This document shows, piece after piece, positions 1 to 13,126 of a DNA stretch of 64,000 nt. Below the pieces are notes generated by a model. It did not search any database. It worked only from the letters and a program-made list of their open reading frames with translations, and was not told where the DNA came from. The position numbers and the translations under genes are program-made. Within the stretch, counting starts at the first letter, position 1. Every line of letters begins with the position of its first letter. The stretch is taken from NCBI GenBank assembly GCA_028534125.1, contig CM052816.1, positions 35,032,001 to 35,096,000 of the forward strand, read 5' to 3'. This DNA comes from Lama glama. Lineage: Eukaryota.

Positions 1-139
1 CATTATCATCCAGTATTAATAAAATACTATTTTGACTTATTAAATTTATAAATGTGGGTAGATTTTGCATTGTAGTGGGAAAAAAGGATGGATTTGAAGG
101 GTAGGAAGCCTAGATGGAAGCTCTGAAAGCACATGTATC

Positions 140-280
140 CTCATTAAACCTCTGTTCTTTCACCTCTAAAATGGTGATAATTATTACTCTTGGTTTCTAA
201 GAGCATCAAATGAGAATTTGCTTTTGAAAGTAATTTGTAAGCTATAACTATCTCAGTAAATGTAATTGCTATCATTGTTT
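140..280 (+). mobile_element. MIR SINE fragment
   Basis: Degenerate MIR core aacctctgttctttcacctctaaaatggtgataat...aaatgaga...taaatgtaattgctatcatt. Confidence 0.55.
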
Positions 281-829
281 TCAAGACTGTATTTCAAGAG
301 AGTACAGAGTAGAGACTACTCGTGAGAACATTCCAAAATGCCTGTGTACGTGGTATGTATGTGCTATTCCTGCATGGTGACATTTCCAAGACAAAACCAG
401 AAAAGAACGGACGAAAACACTTCTTATATATGTACTCTTTTTTTCATCTCTTATGTTTCAAGTTATCTCTTATCCAGTCTTATATCAATATGCTTCATGG
501 GTGGATCTGGGATGGCTCAAGCCAAGAAGAAGGAAGCGTGGTTGTGTAAAAGTTTACAGAGAGTTTCTTCGCTCATGTTTTTACATTTGAGGGTTGGTTA
601 TTAGAACTCCATCTTGCAGTGGCAAAAGCCATCAGAAACAGCAAGGTGTCAGCCAAAGTCCAAGGAACAGTGAAGGCCAAAGGTATGAGGCCAAATGGTG
701 ACGAGTCAGGTCAATTTACAAAGAAATGGGAATAAGCCAGGCCTGGAGTGGGAGGGTCCTGGATAATTTTGGAGAATACTTCTGTCGTGTCCTACCTATA
801 GGTGTATGGTTAGTCAGAAGTCTATAGTT

Positions 830-922
830 CACTGCCTAAATAAATCTCATTTTGTTTCCCTTGCTTAAAGCCCTTCCAATACTCCATCTATGGCTATAAT
901 ATCCAAACTCATCTGCATGACA
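830..922 (+). mobile_element. L2 LINE fragment
   Basis: cccttgcttaaagcccttccaatactcc...ataatatccaaactc resembles the L2 3' region. Confidence 0.5.
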
Positions 923-934
923 GTACTGATACTT

Positions 935-1010
935 ATTGTAATTACTGATAATTAACCATTTTGATGTTTAAAAATGGCAAATGGCAACTAGGTGTGTTTC
1001 AACTAAATAC
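935..1010. mobile_element. MADE2-like mariner MITE remnant
   Basis: tgtaattactgataattaaccattttgatgtttaaaaatggcaa...gtttcaactaaata aligns by eye to the ~80-bp MADE2 consensus as I recall it. Confidence 0.55.
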
Positions 1011-1044
1011 AAAAAGCTCAACACTATTAAGAGTGATCTGCATT

Positions 1045-1233
1045 GAAAATTAGCTACATGATCTTGGGAAAATTACTTACCTTCACTGTACCTCAGTTTC
1101 CTCATCTATAAAAATGGAGGAGTAATAATGGCACATGAGGTTTTTTGTAAGAATTAAATGAATTAATATACCTAAGGTACCTAAAATAATACGTAGTGCT
1201 GGAGTACCACAGATTAACTGTCACTATTACTAT
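1045..1233 (+). mobile_element. MIR SINE
   Basis: tgatcttgggaaaattacttaccttcactgtacctcagtttcctcatctataaaaatgg is the canonical MIR core. Confidence 0.85.
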
Positions 1234-1362
1234 CCCTCCAGCTTTGCCTCTAACCATTCTCCCACCTGTCTTGACTTGCTCAAAGGGCACCCACAGTTTA
1301 TGGTCTCCTGAACATCTAATGTAGATGATTACTTTTCTGGCTGCTATGCCCTTTCCTCTCTT

Positions 1363-1490
1363 CACATGATTCATTCAGCAATGCCTTCCTGAGCAGTGAC
1401 TATTATCCTAGGTTCTGAAGAAACAGTTGGTAAAGAAACTATCCATGGTCTCCCCCCAAGGTAGTTCACAGTCTAATGAGAGAAAGAAAC
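1363..1490 (-). mobile_element. L2 3' end
   Basis: attcattcagcaa...cctaggttctgaagaaacag...gttcacagtctaatg is an antisense L2 tail. Confidence 0.6.
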
Positions 1491-3657
1491 CTTTGCTGTT
1501 TAAAGGGTGACCCCCCCACTTGGATATCAGGACACAATCCCTGAGCCATGTCCCCTAGGAAGCTATTCTTGGTGTCCTCGGACAGTGTGCATCATTCTTC
1601 CTGTATATTAATCTTGTTTCTAGGAACACACCTTTATAGTGCGACTGCACTGGTTTCACTGACACATTTCTATTCTCTTCCTCCTTCAAGCTCTTCCACA
1701 ACAGAGACCGTATGTCCTTCTCAGGGCTTGACTGCTGAGCTGAGTTTCTGGCTAAACTGCTTCTAACAGAAGAGTCAATAGTCACTGTCTGGTTTAATTA
1801 TCAAAGCTATTATCTATGTGGGAGCCAACTCCGAAATCTTTAAGAACAAAATCTAATTTGAGTTACTTGTTTGGGACAGGCCCCTCAACAGCTGGAGGGA
1901 GAAGTCTAATTGTATCAGCATACTATTTACAATCATTTTTAATAAATAACAGAAGAAAAACATCAAGATGGTAAAAACCTCTCTTCTTGATGTTACATTT
2001 CTATTTCATCTACTTAATTTTGATAAATACTGTAAAAGAAATTCAATTGATTTTTTCTTGGAACTTGGCTATTCTCATTTTTTAAAAATAAAACTGTACA
2101 ACCGATTGGGATATGTCACCTTTCTATGTTTAGTTTTTAAACAACTGCAGTATGGACTACACAGTATGGACTTTTTCTTTAAGTATTTGAGGTTTTATTA
2201 TTATACCAGCTCAATGGAGTATTTTTGATACTTACATACTTTTCCATGTTTCAGTTTCACAGGAAAATAAAATGTAAGAAACATTATTTTGTCTTTTAAA
2301 TGAGAGAAATGAGGTACTCATGGGCTGGTACACCTCCTTAAAAATAGAAAACTTATTTATTTATCATAACAACTCAGGAAGAGAGAAAATTATTCCTGAT
2401 GTCTTAGGCAAATCTTTTTGCTATCAGTCTTAATAAAGGGCCCAATTATTAATCAGAGGTAAAAATAACATCTGTGATTAAAACACTAGTCTTTAAGAAC
2501 AAATATCAGAGTTGAAACACATTTTTAAGAATGATTATGAGCTACATTTGATGCAATCTTTTATTCTAAATTTTGTTCATAGCCCTGAAGAGAGTGCTGA
2601 AAACACACACTAAAGAGAAACTAGTTCTCTAATGGGAAATATATGGAATGTAGTTTGGGTCTATTAATCTGGATCTAGGGAACAATCATTGGACAAATGG
2701 AGAAGCTAGTGACTGCATCATGTTTTCTTGAAGGTCCTGCTTCAATTTTTCACATAGTCAAATGAAGGTAACATGGGCCTTCTTTTTATCTCAGATATAT
2801 TAGTAAGTGCCTTTAAAACCTTGATAATTATACAGTATCAGATAAAAGTTTTGCAACTTAAATCTATAAACAAATTTTTTAAAATGTGGTGTTCACTATT
2901 CTTTGTGAAGTTTTCTAGTAAAACAGCCAGTCACCAAACTATTATTATTTATCAATATTTAGGAATAAATAGTTCTTTAAATAGCGAGTAATAATCTGGG
3001 CTACTACTTTGTTTTTGCTGCTGCTGTTGCTGCAGGATGAATTTTAATAGTTAAAGACAGAACTCTTCTATTTGTCTCTGAATCATATTATCAAATTTTC
3101 TAACATTGTTTGTGTATTTTCATAGTGCTTTTCTCTTCTGAGAGGAGCACTCTTTAAAGTAAAGGCCAGGAAATTATTAACTTACTTCTCACTTACAGTT
3201 AATTCCAAACTCATCAATTTACAATACATACTTTATTAAGACGGACAACCCTTCCTCCCAAAACACAGGTATTTTCTTTCCAATAAAATTCAAAATTTTC
3301 AGTAGGAAAGACTTACAACTTAATAGCTGTAAACATTTTATGCAATGACTCATACATGTTAGATAAAAATCATCTTAGAAATTGTGTAGGTGTAAACATG
3401 CTCTGACTAGTAAACAACAGGCTTCCCTCCACACAACACCCCATTCTGTCTGCCCCAGCCCTTCTGTCAACCACCACAGAATCAGTCTCTATTCTTGGTT
3501 TGTTTTTTATTTCAGTTGCCTACTGAGAGGAGCCTGGAGTCTACTCTTGGCTCCCATCAACTGTGGCTCTGATGACCTGACAGTCCCCTTTCCCCAGGAC
3601 CTGCCATCTGGACCATATTTTAAGTTGTCACTGTTGTTTTTCAATTAGTATAGCCTG

Positions 3658-4284
3658 ATATATCCAGAGGAAACCTTAATTCAAAAAGATATATACACCC
3701 CAATGTTCACAGCAGCACTATTTACAATAGCCAAGACATGGAAACAACCTAAATGTTCATCAAGAGATGACTGGATAAAGAAGTTGTGGTATATTTATAC
3801 CATGGAATACTACTCAGCCATAAAAAAGAATAAAATCATGCCATTTGCAGCAACATGGATGGAACTGGAGATTGTCATTCTAAGTAAGCCAAAAGAGAAA
3901 GAAAAATACCATATGATATCACTTATATGTGGAATCTTAAAAAAAAAAAAGACGAACTTATTTGCAAAACAGAAACAGACTCTCAAGACATAGAGAACAA
4001 ATGTGTGGTTACCAGGGAGGGACGGGAGTGGGAGGGGATAAATTAGGAGTTAGAGATTTGCAGGTATTAATTGATACATATAGAATAGATAAACAAGTTC
4101 ATACTGTATAGCACAGGGAACTATATTCAACATCTTGTAGTAAACTATTATGAAGAATAATATGAAAACAAATATATGTATGTGTATGTACGACTGAAAC
4201 ACTGTGTTATACACAATAAATTGACACAACATTGTAAACTGACTATACTTCAATAAAAATATATACATATATAAGAAAGAAAAA
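3658..4284 (+). mobile_element. Young 5'-truncated L1 (subfamily A here): ORF2 C-terminus, 3'UTR and A-rich tail, with 15-bp TSD
   Basis: ORF 3703-3993 ([18 protein letters not shown]...[19 protein letters not shown]) is the L1 ORF2 C-terminus. Exact TSD aattagtatagcctg at 3643-3657 and 4285-4299. Confidence 0.95.
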
Positions 4285-4559
4285 AATTAGTATAGCCTGT
4301 CCCCTCTCCACCTCTTACTGTATTCCCCCCAGCCTGGCATTCCTCACAGAGCCACAGGCTACTTGGATGTCAATGTCAGCCTGAACTGGACTTCAGGACA
4401 CCAGTCTCCTCACATACTGGGCATTGGGTTTTGGCCTGATGGTCTTCTGTCTTGAGATAGTTCAAAAAATGACCTCCTTTCCCTGGTTCCACCTGTTTCG
4501 AGCCTGCTGTTTTCCCATCTTGGCTTCACAGAAGAGTCTGCTGGGGTTGTAAAGGCTAA

Positions 4560-4690
4560 CAGTATGAATTTCACTGAAAAGATTGTAAGGTGGCCATTTC
4601 TGTTTTGTTCTCTGACATATCCCAAGCTCTTAGAATAGTGTGTGGCATATAATAAAGTACTTAATAGACTGAATGAATGAATAAACGAAT
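4560..4690 (+). mobile_element. L2 3' end
   Basis: ttctgttttgttc...agaatagtgtgtggcatataataaagtacttaata...tgaatgaatgaata. Confidence 0.7.
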
Positions 4691-4959
4691 GCCTTTGTGA
4701 GGTAGTAATTTATCTGTGTACTTATTCTAGTTGTCCCCCTTTCAGGAATTTCCTTAACTTGTTGCATCTTTCCTATAGGGGAAGGATAGGAAGTCACAGT
4801 GCATACTCCAAATTTGGCATTTGGCTTACTACCAGTTGCACATTTTGGTTTTATTTTCAGGTTTTGGTCATTTTTAAGTTTCTGAAAATAACCAGAATTT
4901 GGTTTCCAATACTGATAACAGCATGTTTGGTTGATTCCTCAAAGAAAACTTTACAATAA

Positions 4960-5130
4960 TGTTAGTGATAATTATAATAGCAGTAAGTGGTCAAGTACTT
5001 TAGACCTTTTTTTTCTATGTAATCCTTGCAACTACTTTATGAGCTAGGTAACATACAGATAAGGTTTGGAGACGCTGGAGTAGCAGCAAAGCCAGGATTT
5101 GAAACGGGTCTGACAGCAAAGCTGTTTTAA
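4960..5130 (-). mobile_element. MIR fragment
   Basis: aatccttgcaactactttatgagctagg...gcaaagccaggatttgaaac..gtctgac. Confidence 0.5.
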
Positions 5131-5429
5131 TTTACATATCTGACTGTTCTAACAAGCAGTATGCATGATGCTAACATGCCTCGACTATGCCTCTACCTAA
5201 CATAACACTATTAGCTAAAAGCACATCAGAAAACACATATAGATTATTCTGTGCTCTTAACTAACACCATATTGGCATTTGATGGCTGACATATTATTAC
5301 TGACAGACGAAAAGTACTCACTAGTATTATCTGTAACATTATTTATGTGGGGAAAGATATCTTCGTTTTGTAATAAAATTAAGTATGAGTAACTTTATTC
5401 CTCTGCCCTTATTTATTCCAGTCCTACCC

Positions 5430-5750
5430 CTAATTGTTAGCTAATTGTTCCAGCACCGTTTATTAAAGTAAATGTTTTCCTACTAATTTATAATATTACT
5501 TTTACCATATTCTAAAGATTTATCTAATCTTAAGTCTTTTTCTTGACATTCTATTCTGTTTTCACCAATATTTTTGTATGTATTTATGCCCACACATTAC
5601 TGTTTTAATTACTATACTTTATAAAATGTTTTAACACACAAATGGTAAAGTTCATCATACTTTTTTCCTTTTACAGTGTTTTCTTCATTATTTTGGCATA
5701 TCTATCTTTCTATATATACTTTAGAATCATTTTATAAAGTTTCCAGACCA
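5430..5750 (-). mobile_element. Ancient L1M ORF2 fragment
   Basis: ctaattgttccagcaccgtttattaaa...actgttttaattactatactttata...tatactttagaatca is degenerate antisense L1 ORF2. Confidence 0.6.
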
Positions 5751-7699
5751 AAACTACATTTGCATTTGAATAGGTGGTATAGTAAATGCATGCTCCAGAT
5801 AGTAAAATAAAAATTACAATCCATTTTTATTTGCATAATATGTGAATTTATTATTTTAAGTACATTGCCACCCACATACTTTAGAACTCTGTACTTGGTT
5901 AACCTATGGATATTGTTGAATATTAATGTGGGCATCATAATACTTATAATCCTCACTCTGCATTGCTACATTAGAGGTAAAACACATGATGAAGTGTATA
6001 TTATACAACAGCAAACACCCAAATGATGACAAACTATCCTTACAGCATTTTTCCTGCTTTTCATTAAGAAACTCCCAAATATGAATTAGAAATATCAAAT
6101 CATTAATGAGGCTTTAGACAACAGTCTAAAATCATATATTGATACTAAAAGTGTGAATGCCTTATTAAGATGAAGACCTGGTTTGTGCACACAAAACTGA
6201 CAACTGAAGGTGGTCACAGATATTCACAATATGCCAAAATTCAGGATTATGTGTAAAAAAAATGTACCTTGAGGTTCTAGGAACTTGAAAACTATTTCAT
6301 TATTAAGAAACAGTTGTATGTATTTCTCCATGAAAAACTTGTGTCTTTCACAAAGTTATGACAAAGATCTGTGTAATCAATAACTGGATAGAGAAGGAGA
6401 GGCTGAGGAAATCTATGTTTTTTGTCCATGCTAGAATAAACTGAACCTTCAACACTGCTGCCCTGCAGCTGGCTAGGCCACTTTTATATTTCACACATCA
6501 ATTTAAATGCTAAATCAGAGACATAAAATCTCTGATTTACAGCTTTCAATAAAACTGGGAAAAGTTGAAACCAAACATGGGTGAAGCAATACTGGAAGAA
6601 AAAAAAAAGATAAAAGTCTGTATAAGAACTGCTACTTCTTCCTGCTGGCAATGACCCTTCATAATACAGTGACATACAAGTTATAAAGTGATCAGAAATT
6701 TATAGCGCCAATGAATACATGAACAATCTGCTTGTTTTACAGTCACCTAATACTAAAATATATTCACTATACTCAAGAAAAAAACCAATAGCTTGGTATC
6801 ATGCATGAATTCTTTCAGTATCTGTCTGCACCTCTGGCCTGTAGCACAGTTCCCTGTACACAGGAGGGACTTGTTATTCAATGCATAATGAATGACTCTA
6901 ACATGACATTTATTAGTTTCTGTTTACTATAGGTAAAGATCAAATGTTGAAAATGAGAGGAGGAGAAAAAAGTTAGCAAGAACATAAATTAGCATTTTTA
7001 TGCTATTATAGATAATAATTGTTATTTAGAGAACCATATGTATTGATTTCAAGGGCCTACTTCTGAAAATACTGGCTGATTCTGAGCCCCTAGTGAAATG
7101 TAAAAATTAAGTTTGAACATAAAAACATGAAGGATATTTTCACTTTTTATGACTTCTAATATAGCTAATTATGAATATCTGTCTTAAATAGCAGTCTTTA
7201 AAAAATTGTAAAAAAAGTTGAAGCATGGTTTGTATGGATTAAGAAGTCAACAATTTATTATTAATAGTATTTAGTAATATTATTACTAAATATTTACATT
7301 TATTAATGATTTATTATTATTTTAGGTATGACAAACACACAATGTATATACAACTCTTCATTAGGTGTTACAATGAAATAGTAGCAGAGATAATTCCCAA
7401 AGGCAGATAACCTTAAAATGATCTCTATTTCGAATTTTGTGTTGGCATTCAATACAGATGTGTGACAGACTTCTTGTTTTCCTTAAGGGAATATATTGAA
7501 AGGTAAGTCATGATTAGATGGAAGTATATACAATAAATTCCAATAAATATTTAAAACATTGTAAAAAAAATAATCTCACAATTTTCCCAGTTAAGAATGC
7601 AGTGGTTAGTAATAGGCATCTGTGTATTGGAAGCATGTGCAAGGGTAAGACAGAGGTCATTATCATCTTTTCTGCTGGCTGATGGACCCCCTAGTGACC

Positions 7700-8030
7700 T
7701 TTCAAATATAGCCTGGGAGTCTGTTCCCCCCAGTCTTCACATTACTAACTCCTTCTGTTCTCATCAAAATGTAGAATTCTCAGACGTCTTTCCTGATCCC
7801 CTAAGAAAGTAGATTTTCCCTTCCCACTTCCATACAATTTATTCTCATCATTATATCTTGTTTGCTTCCATCACAGCTTTTATCACAACTGGAGAGTATC
7901 TAATTATGTGTTTACCTTTTTATCTACCTTCCCTAAATGATTATAAGCTATATAATTACAAAGAGTGATACAGCCAGTACCTAGTGCAATGCTTTGCACA
8001 AAATAAATGTTGCACCAAGTGTCTACGAAA
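7700..8030 (+). mobile_element. L2 fragment
   Basis: gcctgggagtctgttccccc...aactccttctgttc...tttcctgatcc...cagtacctagtgcaatgctttgcacaaaataaatgt. Confidence 0.55.
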
Positions 8031-11000
8031 TGGCTAAAAGCAGAGATCAGGTGTGAGGAGGTTTGTCTCTATTCGCTGTCAGTTCAGAGCTGTGAGAAAT
8101 GCTATAGGCATTGAATTCTTATTCATTAATCAATCCCCTTATTGAAAATGAATATTATCTGATCGCTTTGACTTACAAAATTTTCCTGGCCCATGTTTGG
8201 GTTCTGAAGGGCTCAGTTCTGAAATCAAGATCTCAGTGTCTTTTTTCCAAGCACCTTCTGTGCAGTAGCTCCACATATAATGGATAAGGTAAGTAAACAG
8301 CAGATCAAAGCAAGGGAGTATTGTTCCTGTGGCCCCAGCCCGTCTGAGGGGAAGGAGGCTAGACTGCGTTAAGAGGTAGCTAGCGTGGGAACCTGTAGCG
8401 CCCCTATCTTGGGACACACCTAAGATGCAGCTCAGATGACTAGAGGACTGGCTGCGAGGGAGGGGAGAAGAAGGGCCCTTTGGGCTTGAGGAGCTATCCA
8501 AGATCACACAGAGGATGTTTAAGAGATATTTTTCTGTGTTTTAAAGGTAACAGCAGCAATTATTTCCAAGCACATAGCTGTAGTTATCCATAGAGAATTC
8601 AATAAAGGGCAGGGAGTCTCTCAGACTGAAACTATGGTTTCTGGAACTGAGCCAATTACCGGCTGCATTGGGAAAGAAAAAATAGCCATAGATATGAGGT
8701 TCTGAGCACTAAGAAATGAATGAGCCATCCCTGGATGTAGCAGTCCCAGCCGTCACTGTTTCATCCTTTATGAAAAGTCAAAAGAACAAGGAGTCCTGGA
8801 GGCATAAGGTGATGCCTAAAAAGAATTTCCAATTTAGGAACAAGGATACTATGGCTAATGCATGAATGCTGTTATCCTAAAACTCCTACGTCTCAAGTAA
8901 CCGAGTCTTCCACGAGATGATTTATAATATAAAACCCCTGGGAGTATCAAGTTTTTAGATGAAGCACACAAAGAGATTCAAAAATTCAGTTCTTCCTGTC
9001 TGCTATTTTAACATTTCAGAAACAGTTCTACTACTACTACTACTAGCAGCTCACACTGATGGAGTGATTAGAATATTCTGGGTGCTGTGCCAAACACAAA
9101 CTCACCAAAACTCCTAAGTACCATTATCATCCTAATTGTACAGACTTACGTATGAATTGATGGAGAGGTGGACTAAAATCATGTTATTTAAAAAAATCTG
9201 ACCACAGGAGGAGAGAGAAATCTGAACTGTAGATATTTTTACAGTCCTTGAATATAATGCACCTCTGAGAAAAACTTAGCAAACTTATTTACCTAAAATC
9301 ATTTATATAAACTTATAAGATGTTTAAATCACAATTTTCACAATGACAGTTACTTTATGGTTATATAATTATCCAAATGATGGTTTACAAATCATTTGAA
9401 TCCACTATATTATGTATACAGTTCTAATGTATTTAAGAGGAAAGTACAGCCAGTACTTGTAAATATTTATCCCCTGAGGTGCTAGGATCTTGAGAAGAGT
9501 AAGTTCACTGAAAAAAAAATTGCTGTAAGACTTTCCTTGCTGAGTAGTAGTCAACTTGTCTTAAAGGGAGGACTCACATTTCTGATCTTATATTTTCTTC
9601 CTATTAAATGATATTCTCCCACAAGAGGTTAAGTAACTGGCTCAGAGTCACAGTTTTGAGATCTCAATTGAAGGCTGCAGTCCATCAAGGAAGGCAGTAA
9701 AGAAAACCACTAACAAAAATGTCTTTCTTCTATGAAAACACAGAGCAGATCTTACAGCTGACAGGTGTTAAATGTTTCTAAGGACAACTGATGCCTTTCT
9801 GAATACAGAGTAAAGGAAGAGAATCCACACAGTGATTTTTAGGAATTTACACAGGCATCTAATGAAAAACTTCTTCCATTTCACCAGTGCACAAAGTGTT
9901 CATACTCCATATGAACTATTGGGTCTTTGTACAAGCCACTGAATGGGAAAGTATTGCTAATAATTTTCCTCTGCATTTTGTTTCTCAAAGCTTTCAAATT
10001 TGTTATTATAAGAAGGATAAAGGAAACTGCCAAGTACCTAGTTTTCTGTTCCTCTGAAAGGTTTCTGGACAGTATCACTGTTCATGTAGAGACACTGACA
10101 GACATTCTGAGATGACAGAGAGGTTAAAATGCTCTTTAGCTAAAAGAAGCAATGATGAAAATGTGAATTAACCTTTTTCCTAGCAGTCACTGATAGTGGA
10201 AAACTTCAATCTCTACCTATAAAATGATTACCCAGCTTCTGATTTTAGAAGCAAATGTGAATGCAATGCTACTAAGTAAAGAAAATAAGGAGAAAATAGT
10301 TAAAGCATGTTTTTCAGGGGTATAAGAACTATGTCTGCTACACTTAGGTATATACACTCCACAAGGAGTAACTAATACTTTGATTCTCTATTTTTATTTC
10401 AACAAAATAGCTTTGAGGGCTGATCCTATACAATGAAAATTACAAGATTACCTATTTGTATAGTTCACCATTTATAAATAAATTTAATTTACATTATCAG
10501 ATTATCATTTACTCAATTAACATTGGTAGACCACCACTTTATGCAAAGCCCCTTGCTGGGAGGCAGAGCTGTCATCAAATTTCACTATAGAGTGAGGATG
10601 TCAGAATCATATACAGCTAATTATCACCAAAAATTCAGGCATCTGGAAGTCCTACTCCCAGGTACCTCATTTTCCATAAGGTTTACCACCATTGGTACTT
10701 AAAATTCACAAAATGATAAACTTACATTTACCCCTACCTTAGTATATAAGAATGCCCATATAATTTATAAGAACTTGGTATTTCTTTATTTGGCACAAAC
10801 ATGAACTGTAAGGCATACAGGATTCAAATTATGTTGTAGTCAGTGACACTTCTGACCCATAGAATTTCATACAGTGATCTCATCCACGTATAGAAAAATG
10901 AGCTCAACATTTAATGGATGACCTTTACCATTCTAGAATGTTATCCTGGAGGGGAAGAGACTTTTCTGAAATTGTAACATTCTGAGCTTAATGGTGTAAG

Positions 11001-12922
11001 CATACTACACCCGAGAAAGAACCAGTACTGTCAACAAAGTCCCTTAAAATAAAGGTAAAATCCCATCGGGTGGATGAAATGGAAACCTGAAAGCCTGGGC
11101 AAGCTGTCTCACAACAGGTTCTCACCCAAGAGCTCTGACACGTATATTGACAAAAAGTAGCTAAATCTTTTAACGTCAGCCTCAAAATTCCACTCATCTT
11201 CCGTTCTGACATTTTAAAAAGCGTGATCACATATAGATGTATTTTTTCATTATTTGTTCCACTTAAGTCCATATTCTGAACTGCTGAATAATTTTCTTTC
11301 ATACAAGAGGAAAAAGTGGGAAAGAGTATTATGCTTAAAATGCCATTTGTCTTCAAACTATGTGTTTGTCTTTACTTACAAAGACTGGCATCCTAAAGGC
11401 AAAACGCAATGCAAATGTTGTATGTGTACTGTGTCAGTAACAATTATCTTGAAATGTGGTGGCAGCCTATAATCAAGGACATCACCACAAGAAGAATGTG
11501 AATATCCATTTGCTTCTCAGAATGAGGCAAAATTGCAACATTTCAGACAAAGAAATTGGTTTCGATTTGATTTAATTCATCAGGTATGCTTTAGAACTGT
11601 AAGAGTGATAAATTTCTTAACATTTTACATAACAAAGACATGGTCAAATTATACTTGCAGACAGAAATAAAGCAATGTGTTGACAGTGTTGTTTTGTTTT
11701 TTATAATCTAACAGCATTCTCCTTACAAAGGGAAAAGAGAAAATCTATGAAGTAACAGGAGCAGTCAAAGCGTTTACCAGGGCTAAAGCTAAAACAATTC
11801 CATTATAACTGGTATCTAGAGTCAGCAGTATTACATTGTTTATCAACATCTATCAGCAAAGAAAACTGGTAAAAATCGTATTTCACAGGTTTCCATCTCT
11901 CCAGCCTAGGTTAAACATTTTTGGAAGTGTAGCGACCTCTTCAGGACACCAGTACCATTCATCTGACACTTGTAACTCACACACTCTCTCCTGCTCACTT
12001 ATCTGACCTAATGAAAGAAAAGTTTTCCCAATTCACACTACTTTATTTGACTTCTTTTGTAGCTCATCATTTTCCATGTGATACTCCGGTTGTACTCATG
12101 TGTCTTACGTTTTTCTTTTATATGAAAACCCCTTGGAAGGGAGCTTCTTACTCATTTTAAAATTCTCTCGCAAAACTGACAGAGTACACTTTGCACAGAG
12201 TAGGCCAACGTTGAGAAAAGGAGGAGGAGTAGTAGGAAGAAAAGGGAAGAATTTATAGTCATTTTTTTATATGGTATATTTTTATAATTTTGAGTTATAA
12301 AGAAAAAGCTTCTAACTACAAAATTTAAGAATAAAAAATATCACAAACCCCAAGTCAATGGACGCTGAAAATTCTAATCCTCCCAAAGGAAAACAGGAGT
12401 TTTTCTGGTGGAAAAAACCCATAAAATCTGTCTGGTGGAGAACTAACAGAAGCTTACCTACAGAGATGTTTAAAAATAACTTGGCCTGTTTTCATAATCT
12501 TACAGTGAATATAACCTACAGATAAGAAAACCATTATTATAAATCACACAAAACTCCTGGATGTAGAGACACTTTGTTGCTATGCCACCTTGCTGTGCCC
12601 ATAGTTAAGAGTTGAACTCAGTTTTAGCAACAAATTATCTACTGGCTCATCTAGTAAGAAGTGAGGGGGTAGAAAGAGGAGGGAAGGGAAGGGGTCAGGA
12701 AGGAAGGAAGGAAATAACCAAATGGCTAACAATGTAGCTGGAGAAACAAGATATTCCATTCATTTTGGAAGAGAAGATACAGAACAGGTAACAGAGAGAA
12801 GAGACAAGAAGGAGCGGAAGCTGGTGGAGGGGATTTGAGCCTGGTCTCAAAGTAAAATAAGAGGTAGAAAGGCTGAGAAGAGGGATGTAACCCTCTTTTA
12901 AATATTTTTAGTTATTCTAATG

Positions 12923-13126
12923 CATGGGTCAGCAAAACATGGCCCCAGGGCCAAATCTGGTTGGCTGCTCGTATTTGCAAATAGTTTTATTGCAACACAG
13001 GCTGTTATGTTTACCTATTTTCTATAGCTTCTTTTGAGTTACAATGGCAGGGTTGAGTAGTTGTGTTGGAGACCATATGACCTGGAGAGCCTAAAATATT
13101 TACTGTCTGGCCCTAAAGAAAATGTT
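12923..13126 (+). mobile_element. MER58A (hAT-Charlie) non-autonomous DNA transposon
   Basis: catgggtcagcaaaacatggccccagggccaaatctgg...gttttattgcaacacag...gagtagttg...cctaaaatatttactgtctggccct matches MER58A; the right terminal inverted repeat (TIR) is eroded. Confidence 0.85.

Noticed and set aside
2148..2172. Short direct repeats (cagtatggact x2; cagatccaag x2-3 at 14331-14379)
   Set aside because: Ordinary microduplications with no further structure.
3703..3993. ORFs with recognisable protein-like text (also 36741-36932, 39185-39367, 54343-54600, 59907-60161, 60226-60411)
   Set aside because: All are fragments of L1 ORF2 within truncated retrotransposons, not host genes.
8395..8415. CTCF-like half motifs (tagcgcccctatc here; cagtgccctccagg near 42964)
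   Set aside because: Only half of the CTCF core matches; not supportable without a position-weight-matrix scan or ChIP data.
8139..8507. The longest non-L1 ORFs (122 aa at 8139, 10988 and 21955; 116 aa at 15617)
   Set aside because: No recognisable domain, compositions typical of translated non-coding DNA, and lengths expected by chance in 64 kb.
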